Below are positions 60,889 through 64,000 of a stretch of 64,000 nucleotides of DNA, in pieces. A program made the position numbers and the translations under genes. This DNA is from an uncultured Eubacterium sp. (lineage in GTDB: Bacteria > Bacillota > Clostridia > Oscillospirales > Acutalibacteraceae): NCBI GenBank assembly GCA_905234995.1, contig CAJOJV010000001.1:39458-103457 (forward strand). The letters run 5' to 3'. Numbering within the stretch: position 1 is the first letter of the stretch; each line of letters begins with the position of its first letter. The notes beneath the pieces are model-generated. The model saw only the letters and a program-made list of their open reading frames with translations. It did no database searches and had not been told where the DNA came from.

Positions 60889-61382
60889 CAGTTTTCTCCC
60901 GAAAAAACAGAGCGAAGCTTATTAAAAGCACGTTTTGCAAAACGCAGCAATTTCAAAGTAAAAAAACGAAAATGATACGGCGCACACCAGAATATAACAT
61001 AAAGCCTGTAAGAAAAATCAGTTGACTTAACGGTTTTACCGTTTCTGACTACAGCGTCCAAAACGCCGATAATGTTTTCACGGCTTACGGTTTCACCCTC
61101 AAGGCAGTTATCGCCGACAATCCAGAAGCTGCCGTCCTTATTCATTTTGATTATTCTGTGAAGCACGTAGTGCCCCCTGCCGATAACATTCGGGCGCACA
61201 AACAGAACAACGTCATATTTCTTCAATTCACCGCCGGCGCGCTTAATGTGCATAACGTCCTTACCCTCGCGAATAAGCGGGCGCATACTGACGCCAACGT
61301 TCGTGAAAATAATTGAGCCGTGCCTTTCAAGCTCCTCTTCAAAGGTTATAAATTGATTATCCAAAGGACCACGCTTTCTCAA
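60888..61382 (-). CDS. S24/S26 superfamily serine peptidase-like protein
   Basis: 164 aa. Motifs are GVSMRP (Ser nucleophile box), VLHRII and WIVGDN, followed by a hydrophobic/amphipathic C-terminal tail. The only in-frame start after the upstream stop is TTG at 61382, with no clear SD. Confidence 0.65.
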   Translation of the reverse strand: MRKRGPLDNQFITFEEELERHGSIIFTNVGVSMRPLIREGKDVMHIKRAGGELKKYDVVLFVRPNVIGRGHYVLHRIIKMNKDGSFWIVGDNCLEGETVSRENIIGVLDAVVRNGKTVKSTDFSYRLYVIFWCAPYHFRFFTLKLLRFAKRAFNKLRSVFSGEN

Positions 61383-61398
61383 AATTCATTTTTTCTGA

Positions 61399-63324
61399 CT
61401 ACATTCCCCACATATTATCCGTCGGGTCTGAGGTTAAAAGCTCAACCTTTTCGTTTGACTCGGTTTTCGGCATAAACGCCCTTGCGTCAATAACGGGGCG
61501 CTTTGTATCTGCAGGCGACATATCATAATACTGCAGGCTTGCTTTAACCGCTTCCTCATAGGTTACGTTTTCAACGCCGTTTTCAGTTAAGCGATATAGC
61601 TTCTGGCAAAGCTTAAGCGCACCCGGGCGGTGGGTTGAAACGATAATAGCCTTTGCGGGATGACGGCGAATAATGTTTTTAAGCACTCTTTCCTCCGTGT
61701 CAATATCAAGAGCGCTTGTCGCCTCGTCAAGCAGCAGAATGGGGCAATCTCTGACGAGTGCACGTGCAATAGCAAGGCGCTGCGCCTGACCCTCCGAAAT
61801 TCCCCTGCCCTTTTCACCGAGCGTGCCGTTAATATTATTTGGAATAAGAGAAACGAACTCCCATGCACAGGCAGTTTTAAGCGCGTCAATAATCTCCTCA
61901 TCGGTTGCATCGGGGCGCACCATTCGCATATTATCGGCAATCGTGCCGGAAAGCACGGTGTTGCCCTGCGGAACGTAAGCAAATAAGCGCCTTAAATCAG
62001 CGTTTACCGGAATAGGCTTGCCGTCCTTACCCGTCAGTGTAACCTCGCCCTGCTTTGGCTCAAGCATACCGAGCATAATTCTCATCATAGTCGTTTTGCC
62101 GCCGCCCGAGGAAGCAAGCACGGCAATTATTTCACCGGGGTTCGCCTCAAAGTTAAGGTTATTATATACGTTTTTATCATCATTATAACCGAAGCTGATA
62201 TTGCTCATTTTAACGGAAACGCCTTCTGAAGCAATCTTCAGCATCTTTTCATACGCCTCGGGGTTATGCTCCTCACGCGGAAGATCAACAAGCTCTCTGA
62301 CTCTTCGCACGGAAATGGCAGAATTAAGCATACCGGGGATTGTGCTTACAAGACTGTTAAACCTGCCGCTCAGGCTTGAGCGCTGCTGCAGGAAAAAGGT
62401 CATATCACCGTAAAGAATTTTGCCGTTCCACAGCAGGAACAGGCAGTAGCCGAAAGCAACCATTGAAACTATGGTTGAAACAATCGTGAGCATAATGCGG
62501 GTTTTGATTTCAAATTTATTATAATCAAGACTGAATTCCTTAAAGGTTTTTTGCCATTCGCGCAGCTTTTTGGAATAATAACCAAAAATGCCGAAGGACT
62601 TTATCATATCGAAATTATAAAAGGTTTCAACCTCAAAGCTCATCATACCCGATTGCAGCTCAAGCACGCGCTTTCTGTATTCCTGCATTTTGCGCATAAT
62701 ATAATGGCTCATAACAAGCAGGAACGGCGCAGAAAGAATTGCAATCCAAGCCATAGTAACGTCAAGCCTGAGAAGAACAACGAAGGTTAAAACGAAGGTA
62801 TAAACGTTAACGATAAGATTCGGTATCCAGCCGATTGCATTTCCCGATATCGTGCCGACGTCGCCGTTAAATCTGTTAAGCAAATCGCCGCTTGGATATT
62901 TGCTTAAGTCACTCCATTTGGCGTCAATAATTCTGTCAAAAATCTGCGCCTGAATATCGTTGTTGACATATATTGAAATCTTTGTGAAAATTCTGCTGCT
63001 GATGCTGGAGGTTACCAAGGAAAAGGCAGTCGTGCCGAGCATAATCGCAACGAGCAGCCAGAGCTTTTCCGTTTGCTTATCAACGATAATATTAATCAGC
63101 ATTCTGCCCACATACGCTGAGCCGAGCCCAAGGCTTGAGCCGATAATTCCAACGATAGTATAAAGCACGATTATCCATTTATACTTTTTTGAAAATGAAA
63201 AAATCCATTTCCAGTCCTTTATAAAATCGGTGAAGGTGCCGTCGTGAATAATATTCAAAAGCATTTGCAGGGCATTACTTTTCACGATGCGGTTAATGCC
63301 CGTGTATTTCTGTTTGTTTTCCAT
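61399..63324 (-). CDS. ABC exporter, fused permease/ATPase (no N-terminal C39 peptidase domain)
   Basis: 641 aa with a six-TM ABC_membrane region. Motifs are Walker A ASSGGGKTT, signature ISEGQAQRLAIARAL and Walker B ILLLDEATSALD. A ~60-aa C-terminal tail follows. An AAGGA SD is present. Confidence 0.88.
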   Translation of the reverse strand: MENKQKYTGINRIVKSNALQMLLNIIHDGTFTDFIKDWKWIFSFSKKYKWIIVLYTIVGIIGSSLGLGSAYVGRMLINIIVDKQTEKLWLLVAIMLGTTAFSLVTSSISSRIFTKISIYVNNDIQAQIFDRIIDAKWSDLSKYPSGDLLNRFNGDVGTISGNAIGWIPNLIVNVYTFVLTFVVLLRLDVTMAWIAILSAPFLLVMSHYIMRKMQEYRKRVLELQSGMMSFEVETFYNFDMIKSFGIFGYYSKKLREWQKTFKEFSLDYNKFEIKTRIMLTIVSTIVSMVAFGYCLFLLWNGKILYGDMTFFLQQRSSLSGRFNSLVSTIPGMLNSAISVRRVRELVDLPREEHNPEAYEKMLKIASEGVSVKMSNISFGYNDDKNVYNNLNFEANPGEIIAVLASSGGGKTTMMRIMLGMLEPKQGEVTLTGKDGKPIPVNADLRRLFAYVPQGNTVLSGTIADNMRMVRPDATDEEIIDALKTACAWEFVSLIPNNINGTLGEKGRGISEGQAQRLAIARALVRDCPILLLDEATSALDIDTEERVLKNIIRRHPAKAIIVSTHRPGALKLCQKLYRLTENGVENVTYEEAVKASLQYYDMSPADTKRPVIDARAFMPKTESNEKVELLTSDPTDNMWGM

Positions 63325-63448
63325 ATTGATTCCTTACAAATTTATTCTATGCTGCGCTCTAATTTAACACCTCATACGTCACTGCGTGACACCTTCCTCT
63401 CAAGGGGAAGGCTTATTCTCTACAAAGGACGTTACCCTGAACATCAAA

Positions 63449-63721
63449 TTATTGTATTAATAAGCCGAGGCGTGAAAGCGTGGTTAAAAACCCTGCAAGA
63501 GCCTGCCCGATTTCATCATCTGTTGATTCCGGATATTTTTCTTTAAGATGAGCGTGCACCTTATAAGGGTCCGTATCCTCCTTAAGCTGCTCCATAATAA
63601 CTGCGGAAACCTCATTGAGCTTAAGCATACCGTGGAATTTCTGCGCGTCCTCACCAACAACAACTGCAGAATATTCGCCCTGCTCCATTTCCATAATCAT
63701 AAATTCATATCTGAGTCTCAT
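63449..63721 (-). CDS. PqqD-family peptide-binding protein (RiPP recognition element-like)
   Basis: 90 aa. The layout is beta strands (YSAVVVGEDAQKFHGMLKL) then LNEVSAVIMEQL...KVHAHLKEKYPESTDDEIGQALAGFLTTLSRLGLL. This is the PqqD wHTH pattern (LN.t...i...l....eiv..l...y......dv..fl..L...gl). Confidence 0.7.
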   Translation of the reverse strand: MRLRYEFMIMEMEQGEYSAVVVGEDAQKFHGMLKLNEVSAVIMEQLKEDTDPYKVHAHLKEKYPESTDDEIGQALAGFLTTLSRLGLLIQ

Positions 63722-63751
63722 ATTTAAAACCTCTATATAATTAATAAATAT

Positions 63752-63780
63752 ACTTTATCATAATCAGCATTTTTTTGCAA
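63752..63780 (-). promoter_or_regulatory. possible sigma-A promoter for the PqqD-led operon
   Basis: The minus strand reads TTGCAA (63780..63775), a 17-nt spacer, then TAAAGT (63757..63752). An AGAGG SD and the ATG at 63721 follow. Confidence 0.4.
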
Positions 63781-63781
63781 C

Positions 63782-63808
63782 AAAAAAACTCCTCTGAAGT
63801 CAGAGGAG
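63782..63808 (-). terminator. rho-independent terminator after the partial upstream ORF
   Basis: The minus strand reads CTCCTCTG-actt-CAGAGGAG, a perfect 8-bp stem, followed by TTTTTTT. Confidence 0.85.
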
Positions 63809-63825
63809 CTTAGAATTTAAAACTA

Positions 63826-64000
63826 TTACTGCCAATAATTCTCGTAATATGTACGTCCATTTGTATAGTAAACTCCGTTATCATAAGAAGTTACTACATA
63901 TGTAGTCTTTGCAATATTTTCAATAACGGCAGCAGGAATAGGAGTACCATTAATGAAAACCAAACCAGATTGGGGTGAAGTAAGCAGCGACATATCATAA
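63826..64000 (-). CDS. 3' end of an unknown ORF with a Tyr/aromatic-rich C-terminus (5' end beyond window)
   Basis: Hand translation of the minus strand gives YDMSLLTSPQSGLVFINGTPIPAAVIENIAKTTYVVTSYDNGVYYTNGRTYYENYWQ*. The frame is open to the window edge. An in-frame ATG at 63993 would give a 55-aa product. Confidence 0.45.
   Translation of the reverse strand, partial: YDMSLLTSPQSGLVFINGTPIPAAVIENIAKTTYVVTSYDNGVYYTNGRTYYENYWQ

Noticed and set aside
63244-63546. 100-aa plus-strand ORF spanning the ABC-exporter start, the 124-nt gap and the PqqD gene end
   Set aside because: It lies antisense to two supported genes, has no SD and has implausible composition. It was considered as a hidden precursor and discarded.
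63722-63751. Tiny frame MLIMIKYIY in the PqqD upstream region as a possible precursor peptide
   Set aside because: It is only nine codons, has no SD, and overlaps the predicted promoter and 5' UTR. It is most likely a chance product of AT-rich sequence.

Overview
This window is a gene-saturated chromosomal segment from a spore-forming Firmicute, probably class Clostridia. That assignment rests on the spoIIIAA-AH operon, sigG, addAB and the codon style. I saw no rRNA, tRNA, CRISPR array, IS element or prophage.

From 1 to about 52.9 kb nearly everything is on the minus strand, in long runs of translationally coupled housekeeping genes:
- fmt-def-priA-rpoZ-gmk-remA-yicC
- a WYL regulator with a short class-B PBP
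- U32 peptidase, mltG and sigA-dnaG
- rpmE, addAB, two M42 peptidases, murD and ligA
- the block spoIIIAA-AH / asp23 / nusB / xseAB / ispA / dxs / tlyA / nadK / argR / recN / tyrS, which follows the Bacillus subtilis spoIIIA-to-recN gene order

A short plus-strand island at 52.98-58.98 kb carries a GtrA-YfhO fusion, prs, a small anchored protein and sigG.

The most unusual region is the right-hand end (58,989-63,780). It holds a compact five-gene minus-strand operon:
- a PqqD-like peptide-binding protein (RiPP recognition element)
- an ABC exporter without a C39 protease domain
- an S24/S26-fold serine peptidase
- an HprK-like P-loop kinase
- an NTP_transf_5-type nucleotidyltransferase

The kinase and nucleotidyltransferase resemble tailoring enzymes of Firmicute lasso-peptide clusters. 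The window contains no lasso cyclase, B2 protease, radical-SAM enzyme or recognisable precursor gene. I therefore flag the operon as a candidate uncharacterised peptide modification and export system.

A second unexplained element is the 336-nt intergenic region upstream of nusB (47,333-47,668), which has long-range complementarity and a tandem 9-mer.

All calls come from reading the translations and sequence by eye. Coordinates of small motifs were hand-counted, and no searches were run.
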